Shown in pieces: positions 48,341 through 60,282 of a stretch of DNA of 64,000 bases. The position numbers and the translations under genes are program-made. Source of the stretch: Psammoneis japonica (lineage: Eukaryota); contig QPGO01000168.1 of the NCBI GenBank assembly GCA_008632985.1, positions 62,001 to 126,000 on the forward strand, written 5' to 3'. Position 1 is the first letter of the stretch. Every line of letters begins with the position of its first letter. The notes under the pieces are model-generated. The model saw nothing but the letters and a program-made list of their open reading frames with translations. It was not told the origin of the DNA and searched no databases.

Positions 48341-48825
48341 TGCTGCAGCAGACTTGAACATGCTGATGTTTGTTTTCCTCCATGCGTCTTGATTGATGAT
48401 GCGGCGGCAGCTGCTTCTCATCTCGCCTCTTCGAGCTAGTTATGCTCTTAATTAGAGTACACTAGATAGATAAGGAGTAACTAATTAATCCAACTGTTTT
48501 CGTACCTCTGCACTGTGTGGCCAGAAGATTCCGACGTCTTGCATTCCCCTCCGACGTGAATAAATAGAATAACGAATGCTGCATGCATGAAATGGCATCA
48601 GCAATTGTCGTTACCGGTATGGCGTTGCTTCAAAGGCGCCGAGTTGTTCTGTATGTGTGGTCCTCCGCAATGCTGTAGTGGCATTTCCCCGAGTCCAACG
48701 CTTTGTAAAGACATTTTAGTTGTGCGTTGTATCAGCCTAGAGTTTCAGTGCTTAGCATCTCGTAAAAGGCACTACCAATCTAAGCAAGGAAAAGACAAAC
48801 GTCAATTACCGTTCTGGTTTCTCCT

Positions 48826-49686
48826 CTAAACGCAACTCTGAAAAGCACCATTTCGAAATTTTACAGGATGATATATCCCGGGAGCCGGAAAATTTGTGTT
48901 TAAGAAACAGGGACGATACAGAAGCTTGTATTTTGACTGCGTCTTTCCTTGTAGCTCTGCCCAGAGAGCTGAGGTTAGATTCTTGTTGACCGCGACTGTA
49001 GGAAATAGTGCCTCGACATTGTACCATTCATTATCTAATTGTTCAAATGTCCACTCCAACTCGGTCAACATGGTGTTGCTCACTCGGTAGAGATTGAGAA
49101 GCATATGAAACATGTTCTCCACTTGGTATAGTCCATTTGTATCGAGAATGGTTTGGTTATAATAGTACCACGTTGGATCAAAACGGGTGAACGGATCGTG
49201 GTGCAAAAAGTCAATGGATGATGGCGTGGCAACAACTTTTTCCAATTCTGCAATGTCGGTGTAGTACGTGTCATCTTCCATAAACCAAACATGGTCGAAT
49301 TTTTCCTTGTTCTGAACTGCCCAGGTTAGAGCCTTTTCTATGCCGCAACACCTGTCCGACAGTCGCTTCCTTTCGGATAAGGACACGAATTCAACGCACG
49401 TTGTAATGTGCTTGAAGGGACATTCGAGTTCGTTCTTATTGTCCCATACCACCACAAAGTTTTCCTTGAACACCTGCTTCATTTCCGTAATGCGTCTCGT
49501 TTGAAAGCTGTCATTTATAGAAACCAAATAGAGGACAAAGATGCGTTGCTGTTTCACAGTTGCGGCAGCAGTAGAAGCGAGTGTTATCTTTTCAGTAAAC
49601 ATCATCATCCAAGTGATTTGAGCAAACGCCATGAATGTAGCAACAGCAGCAGCAACAAACAGCAACTTCTTTTTCTTGAGAGACAT
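48826..49686 (-). CDS. Type II membrane glycosyltransferase-like protein
   Basis: Start MSLKKKKLL followed by a hydrophobic anchor. HVWFMEDD (DxD-like), EALFPT and C-terminal IYHPVK. Normal Tyr usage. Confidence 0.65.
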   Translation of the reverse strand: MSLKKKKLLFVAAAVATFMAFAQITWMMMFTEKITLASTAAATVKQQRIFVLYLVSINDSFQTRRITEMKQVFKENFVVVWDNKNELECPFKHITTCVEFVSLSERKRLSDRCCGIEKALTWAVQNKEKFDHVWFMEDDTYYTDIAELEKVVATPSSIDFLHHDPFTRFDPTWYYYNQTILDTNGLYQVENMFHMLLNLYRVSNTMLTELEWTFEQLDNEWYNVEALFPTVAVNKNLTSALWAELQGKTQSKYKLLYRPCFLNTNFPAPGIYHPVKFRNGAFQSCV

Positions 49687-50017
49687 GTTCTTGCTTTGAG
49701 GATGTTGTGCTGTTGGACTTTGCCAGTTAGTTCGTCGTACCTGTGGTGTGATGCCAGCATTGTCTCTCAATGAAAGGACTCCAACCAACTTCCAACTTGT
49801 CGAGTGCCGCAGGAAGTTGCATGAAAAATCAAAATTTTCATTTTTCCCTGTTTTTCTTGCGTTTTCAAACATTTTGACCAAGAAGCAGAGTCAGTCGTTC
49901 ATCGGCAGGTCGTCAAACAGTGTGGGATCAACATGCTGACGTGAAAGGCCATCCTTCAAGTAATTGCACCTCATGTGCGGTGTAAATTTTATGCCACACA
50001 TGAGGGGGCTCTTCATC

Positions 50018-51225
50018 TCACTCCCAGATTTTGGACCATGTGACATTTAGAAAGACACGTTGACACATGAAAATGGCGGCGCAGCCTCCTGTTGGCCAGC
50101 AAACCCAAGTCACAAAACCAGCCACCAGCAACGCCAAACCCCCTTTTTGGATTTGATTGCACAGGTGCATCAGAGTCCGCTGCTTGTGATTTGATGAGAG
50201 CCGGGCCAATGCCGCGCAACTGCTCATCACAAACTTCTGACAGCTCCCATCAATGCAGTGGCAAACAGAGCTGCAGAGTGGACTCGCTGCACCAGAGAAC
50301 AGCCAAAGGGGGCACAGATGAAACCACTGGCCACTCTGTCCTTGCATCTGAGGCATCACAACTGGGTGGGTGGGTGGGTGGGTGGGTGGGAAAGAAAAAA
50401 ACAGCTGAAGGCTTGAATCCTCCAAAAGCCATGACAAGACAAGTGAGCTGCAGACTTTGCAGAGAGTCTTTGTGCAGTTTCGAAGGAGCAACTTTTTGTG
50501 AGACCACGCCAGAGTGAAGATCAGGAAGATCTCAAAAAATTGTTTCAAAGGGTTGGATCAGAGCCAGTGCAAAACAAGAAGAGTTGTCAGAACCCCAGCA
50601 ATTGTTGATGATTTGCCAGCGATCCAATGAGAAGGATGACAGCTGTTTGTTTTGAAAGTTCTTCTCCAATCCAAACCCAGACAACATGGCTGTCAAGAGA
50701 GTTCTTCCATCAATTCTCTGCCCACATTGTTGCAAAGAGGTGTGCTTGATGTTTGGCAAGAAAACAGCATGGGAAGTGAGCTGCTGAAGAGAACTCAACC
50801 CCCGGCTGAACCACAAGTCAACATCAAATGTTGAGTTGGGCTGCAGCCCGCAATCCAGATGTTCAACTCAGTGCAAGGGGGGCTCTCTTTGTCTCACTCC
50901 CAGATTTTGGACTGTGCGACATTTGGAAAGACACTGACACATCCGCTGAAAATGGTGGTGTGGCCTCTTGTCAGCCAACAAACCCAAGTCATGAAATTGG
51001 CCGCCAGCAATGCCAACCCCCCCCCCCCCGGATTCGATTGCACAGGTGCATCAGAATCCATCGCTTGTGATTTGATGAGAGCGGGCCAATGCCACATGAC
51101 CACTCATCGCACACTTCTGACAGTTCCCGCCAATGCAATGGCAAGCAGAGCTGCAGAGTGGACTCGTCACACCAAAGAACAACCAAAGGGGGCACAGGCA
51201 AAACTGCTGGTCACTCTGCCCTTGT
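50018..51225 (+). repeat. Diverged direct duplication, ~50018-50340 versus ~50893-51225
   Basis: Shared tcactcccagattttggac...gattgcacaggtgcatcaga...gcttgtgatttgatgagagc...ccaaagggggcacag. Confidence 0.85.
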
Positions 51226-51572
51226 GGTTGTGTGGTGCCACAAGAATCTGGTTCACTGCTGGAGACAAGAGATGTCAGCAGCTCTGACAAATTGGGCAAA
51301 ATGAGCAACAGCAACTGAGAAATTCACAGCAAATGACAGAGAATGTCAGCACAGCAATTGACATGATTTGCAGCCACAAAATTGTGGGGTTGTTCTGTGC
51401 CACCCTCTGTTTTTCAGCAAGAACACTGGTCATGTTGGAGTGGGGAACTCTGCCACCAGCTGCAGCAACCAATGATTCGCTCATGCTTGCCCCCGCCAAG
51501 TTGCGCCCCTCTCCCTTCTCAAGCAAGTCTGCAAGTGCAAAGCATTGGAGCTTGTGAGATGAGCAAATTGCG

Positions 51573-51678
51573 NNNNNNNNNNNNNNNNNNNNNNNNNNNN
51601 NNNNNNNNNNNNNNNNNNNNNNNNNNNNNNNNNNNNNNNNNNNNNNNNNNNNNNNNNNNNNNNNNNNNNNNNNNNNNN
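51573..51678. other. Assembly gap (N run)
   Basis: Run of n. Confidence 1.
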
Positions 51679-52057
51679 CATGTCACATTTTTTGTGACAG
51701 CTGCCCAAAAACTGCCAGACTGTCATGCAAAACCAAGCATTTTCATTTTTGCTCAGTCATTGCGCTGCAACTTGTGGTTGTTTGAACCTGGTGACTGGCG
51801 CACTTTCTGCATGTCACATTTTTTGTGACAGCTGCCCAAAAACTGCCAGACTGTCATGCAAAACCAAGCATTTTCATTTTTGCTCAGTCATTGCGCTGCA
51901 ACTTGTGGTTGTTTGAACCTGGTGACTGGCGCACTTTCTGCATGTCACATTTTTTGTGACAGCTGCCCAAACACTGCTGAGCTGTCATGCAAAACCAAGC
52001 ATTTTGATTTTTGCCCAGTCAATGTGCTGCAACTTGTGGTTGTTTGAACCTGGTGAC
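51679..52057 (+). repeat. Tandem repeat, about 3 x 131 bp
   Basis: catgtcacattttttgtgacagctgcccaaa starts at 51679, 51810 and 51941. Confidence 0.9.
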
Positions 52058-53459
52058 TGCCAAAACAAATCAACTTGAAATCAGTTTGATTGTTGGATGC
52101 TCTCATGGCAGTTGGTGGGTGCTTTGGAAATGTGGTTGCAGCCACAATCACACTTGCAATTTACGAGCTTGAACTTGTGCAAATGTGCTCCAGAGTGTGT
52201 CTGTGCATTTGTGCAGATTTTGCACCAGTCGCATTGTAGAGTGATGTTGTTTGCCAGCCCCAATGAACTCTTTCTTGGACACAAAACATTTCTCATGCCT
52301 GCCGGCTTGGGGGACATGAGTTGGAGGTGCACATTTTCCTGGTGCAAGCACACAGAATTCCATGCAGCTGCACAGATGGTCTCCAGAGAAAATCTGTGCA
52401 GGTCTCTTGGACACACAGCATTTTGTCACACTTGGCAACATTTTCTTAAATGGGTTGATGGTTTGTCTTGAAAAGACACAATTGAGACAAAATGAAACAG
52501 TTGGCAATGAACAGGACAAAAACATTGTAAAATTCAGCAATGAAATGATTGATGTCATTTGTGCACAACATGTGCTTTGGCGATGTCCTTTCAACAAGTG
52601 TTGCATTGAACAAAATTTGGTGAGCTTTTGTCATGGCCAAAAATTTCTGTGACAAATTTTGTTGTGTGTGATTTGTCACGACACGACACGACATGACACG
52701 ACTCACAAAATGAACACCCACAGTGCACGATGAGGACTCATCTTGTTTGCCAGTTGTCTCTTGTGCACGATGATGATGAATCAACATGTTGATGTGATGC
52801 GGCCTGTTCTGGTGGAATTGGGAGGAACAAGCTTTTCCATCAAAGTGTCTGCATTGACATCAGCAATGTGTGGTTCTGCTGTGGCCTCAGCCTGTGCTGC
52901 AGATGCCTCATGGCTTGCATTTGTGTGTTGCACAACAATGCATGACAAAAAGATCCACTGCATTCTGCACATGAGATGCATGGAAGGGAGGAAAAAACAT
53001 GACTGTTCAATCTGCCATGTTTTGTCAGCCATGCGTGGTTCTGCTTTTGCCTTGGCCATTCTCCAGCCACCTTGTGATTTGTGTTTGTAATGACATGACA
53101 CAAGAACAGCACTTTTTTGATGACCGATCTGTTGTGGTGCCAGCCACACCTCACCTTGTTTTGTGATGTGGGTGACATTCAATCAACAGCATCAACTGCA
53201 CTGACTTGTGTCATGATTGACTGGTGAATTCCATCATAAAATGGATTCGAGTGTGCCATTGTGTGCTTGCCACTTTTGTTTGTTGCAGTCTGTAGTCATC
53301 TGGATGGAGCCGGCATTGTCAGTGCATGGCTCCGCAGGGCCCCAGTGTGCAAGTGCATGGGTGGTTTGGCAAAACACACTTTGTTCTGTGAGCTGGTCAC
53401 TTCTGAATGTTGCAATTTTTTGTGACATCAACATGTGATGTGCTGCATGGCAAATGTCC

Positions 53460-53640
53460 ATTTGTTGGCATTTGTCTGCTTTTGTCAGGTTCTGTCTGCT
53501 TTTGTCAGCATTTGTTGCATGCTGTCAGTGTTTGTCAGCATTTGTGTGTGCAGACAGAGTTTGTCGGCATTTGTCACATGCTGACGGAGTTTGTCAGCAT
53601 TTGTTGCATGCTGACAGAGTTTGTTGCATTTGTTGGGCGT
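53460..53640 (+). repeat. Short degenerate tandem repeats (tttgtcagcatttgt...catgctgacagag)
   Basis: Roughly 30-bp unit repeated several times. Confidence 0.7.
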
Positions 53641-55654
53641 GTGACAAAATTGCCAAAAAATCATTCAATGTGCTTGTCTTTGCCAATGGCCAATTTCATC
53701 ATTCATTGCTTGGGTTGACAGCATGTTTGTGAAGGAGACACGGCATCACCAATTAAATGACAAGTTTTGTCTTGTTAATTGCCAACAATTGAAATTTGTT
53801 CAAGTGCATTTTTTCCAACAAATCATCCAACTCATTTGTGGGAATGTTGCAATTGGTGACAAAATGCCATGTGTCCCTGGAGGGGGTTTGTGCATGAGCA
53901 GGGACAAGTTGCAGTGCACTGGCACCAAAAATGTCTCTCAGCAATGAATGTGCAGACAACTGCCAACAGAAAAAGAGGCAATTTTGCAAATGTGTGCATT
54001 CCTCCACACTTGAAGCACCTCATTTCTGCTTTGCCCAGGTGTGCATTCTTCAGACATCAGAGATCACACCCAGCTCATTTTTGTTGTTGCAAGGGGCACA
54101 ATGAAAAGCCTTTGGTTTTGCAAGGCAGGGAGCATGAGACAATTTTGTAGAAGATCACATGCAGAAAACTCTGACATTGCAGCCCAGTGGTGCAACATCT
54201 CACCAAGAGCTGGAACATGTCAAAACACAAGCAGCCAACTTTGAAAATTGCTTTTGGCAGAAAATGTGACCCACAATCACACTCCCAGCATTCAGGAGCA
54301 GAGACTTTCACAGATGCAGACAATTTTGCACTGCACAGATTTCTGTGCAACAAGTGTGCAGGGCATTTTTGCATGGCTTCTCATGCAACCTCCAACCTCT
54401 GACTCCCTCAAGTGTTTGACATGCCACCTGTGGTCTTTTGTGTCAAATCAGTCAAAAGACACAAGCACTGGCATGAGTGGAGTTGGTGCTCTGATCATTG
54501 CATTCAAGTTTTTGTTGTTGGTGTGCCATTGTGACAGTTCATTTGGTTGGAGCAGATTTTTCAGGTCTTTTTGGGATGTTGTCAGATGTGCTTCTCAATG
54601 TGCTGATGGCAAGAGTTGGCTCCACCACATTGTTTTTGTTTGTTTTGGTGTGTTTGTTGACATGGGAGGAGCTGGCACAAGTGTCATGGTGCTCACATCC
54701 TTTCTTGATGTTTGTTTGAGCAAGGAGTTTTTTGACTTGGCTGTCATCCACACATGCCAGCATGGTGTTAATCTCAGATGCCAAGTTGCACAGCACATTT
54801 CATGAGTTTTGTTGATTTTTCAACCTTTTTGTGAAATGCATTTTGAGCTGACTTGGATCAACCAAAAGCATTTTGAAATCTGGGAGGGACAAACAGCTCA
54901 GACACTGATGCTGATGCCAAGGTCAACATGTGCAAGGTCATGTGTGTGGACCTTGGTGTGAATTTTTTGCATGCAATGACAGGAGTCATTGTGGCTCTCA
55001 GAGTCATGGCACAGAAATTGTGCAAAAAGAGTGCCAGAAACAAACGCTGTCAGTTTGTCCACCCATCCGCACATGAATGTCAACTTCTCGGGAGATCAAT
55101 TGAAATGCCATCTGCTCAAAGGCACTGCTCTTTGCCATGCATCAAAATGCCTTTGACCAAATGGCATTTCAGCTGAGAGTTCCCGCAAAGTCAGCAGCTC
55201 CAATCACCCTCTCACATGGCATTGTGCACATTTCTGCATGATTTGGCATTTTTTTCTCATCCAAAATGTCAGCTGTGACTCTCACAACATTTTTGAATGA
55301 CTCCTGTTGATCTGTCGGTGTCTGAGCACTTTCTTCACTCTGAATGCTGGGTGGGAGTGGACACAGGCCTCTGGCAAATCCTTGAAGCAGACAAAGCAGA
55401 TGAGCCCTTTCAGTTTTCAAAAATCAGCCAAACCATGGAACTGCAGAGCACAACAAAATGCACAGCATTCCATGTCTGTGCTTTGCTGTGTTGCAAATCA
55501 AAATCATGTGTTGTGAAAGCATGGCAAAAAGCACAAAAGGTGGACAGCATGCAGTGTGATGCTGTGCATTGTCAGAAACATGGCATGATTGTGCAACTCA
55601 AAACTTTTGCTCATTGCAGTGTTGTCAAAATTTTTTGACAATCCTCATTTTGCC

Positions 55655-56395
55655 NNNNNNNNNNNNNNNNNNNNNNNNNNNNNNNNNNNNNNNNNNNNNN
55701 NNNNNNNNNNNNNNNNNNNNNNNNNNNNNNNNNNNNNNNNNNNNNNNNNNNNNNNNNNNNNNNNNNNNNNNNNNNNNNNNNNNNNNNNNNNNNNNNNNNN
55801 NNNNNNNNNNNNNNNNNNNNNNNNNNNNNNNNNNNNNNNNNNNNNNNNNNNNNNNNNNNNNNNNNNNNNNNNNNNNNNNNNNNNNNNNNNNNNNNNNNNN
55901 NNNNNNNNNNNNNNNNNNNNNNNNNNNNNNNNNNNNNNNNNNNNNNNNNNNNNNNNNNNNNNNNNNNNNNNNNNNNNNNNNNNNNNNNNNNNNNNNNNNN
56001 NNNNNNNNNNNNNNNNNNNNNNNNNNNNNNNNNNNNNNNNNNNNNNNNNNNNNNNNNNNNNNNNNNNNNNNNNNNNNNNNNNNNNNNNNNNNNNNNNNNN
56101 NNNNNNNNNNNNNNNNNNNNNNNNNNNNNNNNNNNNNNNNNNNNNNNNNNNNNNNNNNNNNNNNNNNNNNNNNNNNNNNNNNNNNNNNNNNNNNNNNNNN
56201 NNNNNNNNNNNNNNNNNNNNNNNNNNNNNNNNNNNNNNNNNNNNNNNNNNNNNNNNNNNNNNNNNNNNNNNNNNNNNNNNNNNNNNNNNNNNNNNNNNNN
56301 NNNNNNNNNNNNNNNNNNNNNNNNNNNNNNNNNNNNNNNNNNNNNNNNNNNNNNNNNNNNNNNNNNNNNNNNNNNNNNNNNNNNNNNNNNNNNNN
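55655..56395. other. Assembly gap (N run)
   Basis: Run of n. Confidence 1.
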
Positions 56396-56917
56396 CTCTC
56401 TGCGCAAAGCACAGCTGACTTCTTTCTTCAGCACCTTGCTGGCATTCACAGTGCTGTGCCAGAAATGTCAGGAAAGGCAGGGATGTTTGCACAACTCTGT
56501 GGCTGGAAACAAAACAGGGGGGAACATGGACGAGACATTGAGTTGCTTGATGAGTGTTCTTGTTTGGCACTTGTTGAATGCCAAATGGAGATCACTGAAC
56601 TTTCAACAAAGAAAATGGGCAGTTGTTGGCAATTTTGCAGCAGCGACCGCGGCATTCAGCATCGGATCACATGAAGTGGTTGACACTTTCAACTTTCCAC
56701 TCATCTCTTGGACAAACAACTTTTGGCAGAGCAGCTGTGCTCGCACTTGAGAGGCTTTTTTTTAAGGATGGATCTACGTGCTGCGGTCTGTTTTTTGGGA
56801 GCTCATAATTTTCACAAAAATGGCCCAGATGCATCGCAGCAAATGCACGCGCGTTCGCAAAAAAAAAAAATCAGCGATCGGTCGAACTTTGTCCGTTTGC
56901 CAGACACCCTAGAATGC

Positions 56918-58289
56918 TTGACGCCAATCGCATCAGACGCTTGTTGCGCGATTTTGCGGCCTGCATGTGGGCCGCAAAAATCTTGTTGCAAATTTTTGCG
57001 GCCCGCATGTGGGTCGCAAATTCTTAAAATGACGCTTGTCTTGGAATGCGCACGCAAAACTTGTGTTGCCGACATCCATCATTGCACACGTGCATTTCTC
57101 AGTGGCACGCAACAAACTGCAGCAGCACAATGGTGCCCACCGCCGGTCTCCCACTTTACGGTGTGACATCTCAATGATCCTCTCACACCGATTTCCCCAT
57201 TTCTTTCATCAACATTGGGAGGGAATGCACAATGTGTCCAAACAGATTGGTCCCATCTTCTGTCATTGAGAATTGTGGATTTCTGTTTTGTTCAAAACCA
57301 CACAGAATTTTCAAATTTGGAAAAGCACGAAATGATGGAATGAGCACCAATTTACAAACACTGCACAAATGGTTGTTCTTTTGTGACATGCCAAAATGGA
57401 CAAAACATGGTTGTGCGGAATGTGGTTTCTGATGGCAGTCACTTGGCCACTGATCTAGTCTAGTTCCTCAACCGTGATGACAGATTGCCGCGCCAGCTTT
57501 TTTGTGGAGTCAATGGAGCGGCTGTTGCTGACACGCACTCAGCAACAATGAGCTGCGGATCTCGTGCCTCAACTGTGATGTGATGAATTGCAGACATGCC
57601 AGCTTTGCAAGGAGCAAACACTTTCTTTCAATCTCTGCCAATGCCAACTTGTGTCCTCCTGCAACAGCTCCGTCACCGCGGCGCCTGACCTCTCCTTCGT
57701 CTGCGCCCATCATGTTTTCTTGACACTTTCCCAAATTGATCACATGGGCATGGGCAATGACCTTGAATTGCACTCGAGCTCTCTTGGCCATTGGCGACTC
57801 CACAGGAAGACTTGGAGGGGGGGCATGTGCGGGCACAGATGGTGCTTCGGCAGCAGACTGCGACACCGGATTTCGCGGCATGTCTTGAACAGGCAAAAAA
57901 GGCATGTCCGTTCCCGCTGCAAGCAATGCTGACACATCTGGCACTTCTCCAACGATGTTGTCAGGCGTCCGAGATTGCTGGAGTGAACATCCTTCACCAG
58001 TGTGGCCCGCCGTAGGGTCCGCCATGGTGGAGGGAGAAATCGGCAAAAAAGTGCGCGAAAATGCACACACATTTTAGAGGCTGCGACAACAACCACTGGG
58101 ACTTTTTTGACAGATGAAGTGTCGATTCCCATGTTTTCGGGCATGGAGAATTCGACTGTGGGGTCAATTCATCGATTGTCTCTATCATTGAAGATTTGAA
58201 AAAATTTGCGGCCCATGTGTGGGCCGCAAATCGTTTGCGGCCCACACACATGTGGGCCGCAAACGGGCATCTGATGCGATTGGCGTTAA
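56918..58289. mobile_element. Non-autonomous TIR DNA transposon (~1.37 kb), possibly TTAA-targeting
   Basis: Left end ttgacgccaatcgcatcagacgc versus reverse complement of right end ttaacgccaatcgcatcagatgc. Subterminal palindromes ttgcggccc.catgtgggccgcaa at both ends. Confidence 0.75.
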
Positions 58290-58349
58290 ACGACAGGTAC
58301 GACCATGCGCGAGTTTTACCTTAACGACTGGAGATATGTCTATAGCCAG

Positions 58350-58475
58350 TCAAATGCCACTTATCGGCATTTCCCGGAAAGTTACCGCTAATCTCCCATA
58401 AGAAGCCCGATTTTTTTGAAAATTAGCGGTTTTTTCGACCTGACAACAGGGCACAGGTCGATAAGTGGCATTTGA
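58350..58475. repeat. Small inverted-repeat (hairpin/MITE-like) element
   Basis: Perfect 17-bp inverted repeat tcaaatgccacttatcg / cgataagtggcatttga with inner pair accgctaat / attagcggt. Confidence 0.7.
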
Positions 58476-58893
58476 AGCGCCAAATGTGCAGCTCTTATAG
58501 CCGTCTAACAGCCCCTATGAGGGTTTGACGAACGCACAAGTGTTCGGGGGTGTTCCGAGGCAGGTCAAAATAACACGGTGAAGTGCGGGAAATGCGAGCT
58601 GTTTTAAATTAGACAGCAGCACAAAGAAAATAGCTCTAGCTACTAAGTCAATTGTCAGTAATTTCGTAGTGCCGGTGGCGTCGGATCATGAAGTTAAATG
58701 AAGAGGCGATTGTAGTAATTTTTCGTTGCACCGCGCTTGATAACATCTATCATCGGATCATGAGAAGTAGTTGACACTTTCCTCTAGAGCCCTGCTGTAC
58801 TCGTACTCGAGAGACTTTCTTCTCAAGCAGTCAAAGTGTTGCTCTACAAGTGTTATCAAGACAATTCTACAACGTTAAGATCATTTTCCTTCC

Positions 58894-59934
58894 ATGAAAT
58901 TTTCGAAGATTGGCATCTCGGTTTTGTCATTTTCTCTGCTGGTGGTGGGTTGGACTAGCAAAGAAGCCCCTCAATTGAAAGGAAAGCAACTCGAAGTGAC
59001 CGAAGAAAAGTCAGAACCTGCCACGGGCTTTGTTCATTACAAAACGACACGGAGCTCTGGCTGGAATAACCAGCGCGAGGGTGCCATGATGGCTTGGATG
59101 GTTGCCTACTTTACGGGACACACGCTTGAGCTTAAACCGTTCCATCCAGCTAACACCGGTGTCCTACCGGATCAAGGAGGATACAAGCATGGTGACCTGT
59201 GGAATCTTTCTTGTTTGGAAAAGCATGTCCAAGTGCGAAATATTCCCAGCAACAAAACGTCAGAAGGATATGATTACAATGTCAGCAGATCAAGTGTCTT
59301 CGCCAACTACTCAGAAGTACAGGCTTTGAAAAAATATAACAAAATCACCTATAATGGAGGCTGGGCATGCATCATTCGTGCCTTCCCATGGCTTAATCCA
59401 TCACAAGAGGTGTTCTCCCATCTGATGAATTCCTTCTCCTACAACTTCGACATTCAGAGATCAGCAGATTTGGTGTTGGAAAGAATTGGTCGGCCCTACG
59501 TTGGTTTGCACATTCGAAAAGATAGATTTCCAGCAACCAACTGTTCTGCATTGGGTCTTAACGTCAGTTCCGCGGAGGAATCCAAATTCAATTTGAGACG
59601 TTGCAAGGGATTGAACTGGACCAACGTTGTCGACAGAATGTTTCCGAATCTTGATGATGATTACCCGATCTACATTGCTCATGACAGCAGTAGCAGGATG
59701 GATCCAACCCTACTTGGCCGGAATTTTCTGCAGTCGTTTGACTTTGACTTTGTCCGCCAGCTAAGACCTGCAATCCTGTCTGCTGTGGAACAAGAAGTCA
59801 TGATTCGTGCGGAGTATTTTATTCCATCTATGTATTCTACGTGGAGTGAATATGCAGTCTTCAAGCGAGCCGTTGCAGGCAAAGCTGATGGAATGCAAAA
59901 CTATCAGCACTGGAAGGCCGAGATCTGCCATTGA
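58894..59934 (+). CDS. O-fucosyltransferase-like (GDP-fucose-dependent, GT-B) protein
   Basis: N-terminal hydrophobic segment; SGWNNQR, YVGLHIR, IYIA and VEQEVMIRAEYFIPSMYSTWS resemble the three conserved motifs of the POFUT/alpha-fucosyltransferase superfamily. Confidence 0.75.
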   Translation: MKFSKIGISVLSFSLLVVGWTSKEAPQLKGKQLEVTEEKSEPATGFVHYKTTRSSGWNNQREGAMMAWMVAYFTGHTLELKPFHPANTGVLPDQGGYKHGDLWNLSCLEKHVQVRNIPSNKTSEGYDYNVSRSSVFANYSEVQALKKYNKITYNGGWACIIRAFPWLNPSQEVFSHLMNSFSYNFDIQRSADLVLERIGRPYVGLHIRKDRFPATNCSALGLNVSSAEESKFNLRRCKGLNWTNVVDRMFPNLDDDYPIYIAHDSSSRMDPTLLGRNFLQSFDFDFVRQLRPAILSAVEQEVMIRAEYFIPSMYSTWSEYAVFKRAVAGKADGMQNYQHWKAEICH

Positions 59935-60036
59935 TGCGCCAATGTTTTGGTTCGTGATGGGTGTCGGCTCTCCAATGCCAGGCGAATATAAAATTGAGGT
60001 TCCAAAATCTTGTACCTTTGGCGGTCTGAATGACAT

Positions 60037-60282
60037 TGACAGTGATCAGGTCCGTGCACAAACAGGTTAAGCTAGTAATACCTTGCACTAAAGTGTGTTC
60101 TAGATATTGTGAGAGATTCTGAGCTAGTCTCAGAATCGAAGCTATGGTGGAAATCGGAGGATTTCGAGAGGTTAGCTAAACTCTGCGGAACTGCCGATGA
60201 TTTTCATCACAAACTGACTGGCAGATATGACATCTTCAATCATGAGGTTCCAATGTCAAAAGGGAATGTGGAATCCCTGTCA
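60037..60282 (-). repeat. Probable 3' LTR of the minus-strand copia element
   Basis: TGACAG...CTGTCA ends, adjacent to a minus-strand polypurine tract (aagggggg, 60283-60290) just after the RNase H frame. The partner LTR is not in the window. Confidence 0.6.

Larger units (their letters stand above)
43550..48420. other. TpA-depleted repeat/relic domain 5
   Basis: Near absence of TA between the kinase and the glycosyltransferase-like gene. Confidence 0.85.
49750..58285. other. TpA-depleted repeat/relic domain 6
   Basis: Near absence of TA; contains local duplications, tandem repeats and two assembly gaps. Confidence 0.85.

Noticed and set aside
51679..52057. 131-bp tandem array as a functional satellite
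   Set aside because: It abuts an assembly gap and the first two copies look identical, so copy number may be an assembly artefact.
55569..56750. Long ORFs spanning X runs
   Set aside because: Artefacts of translating through the N gap.
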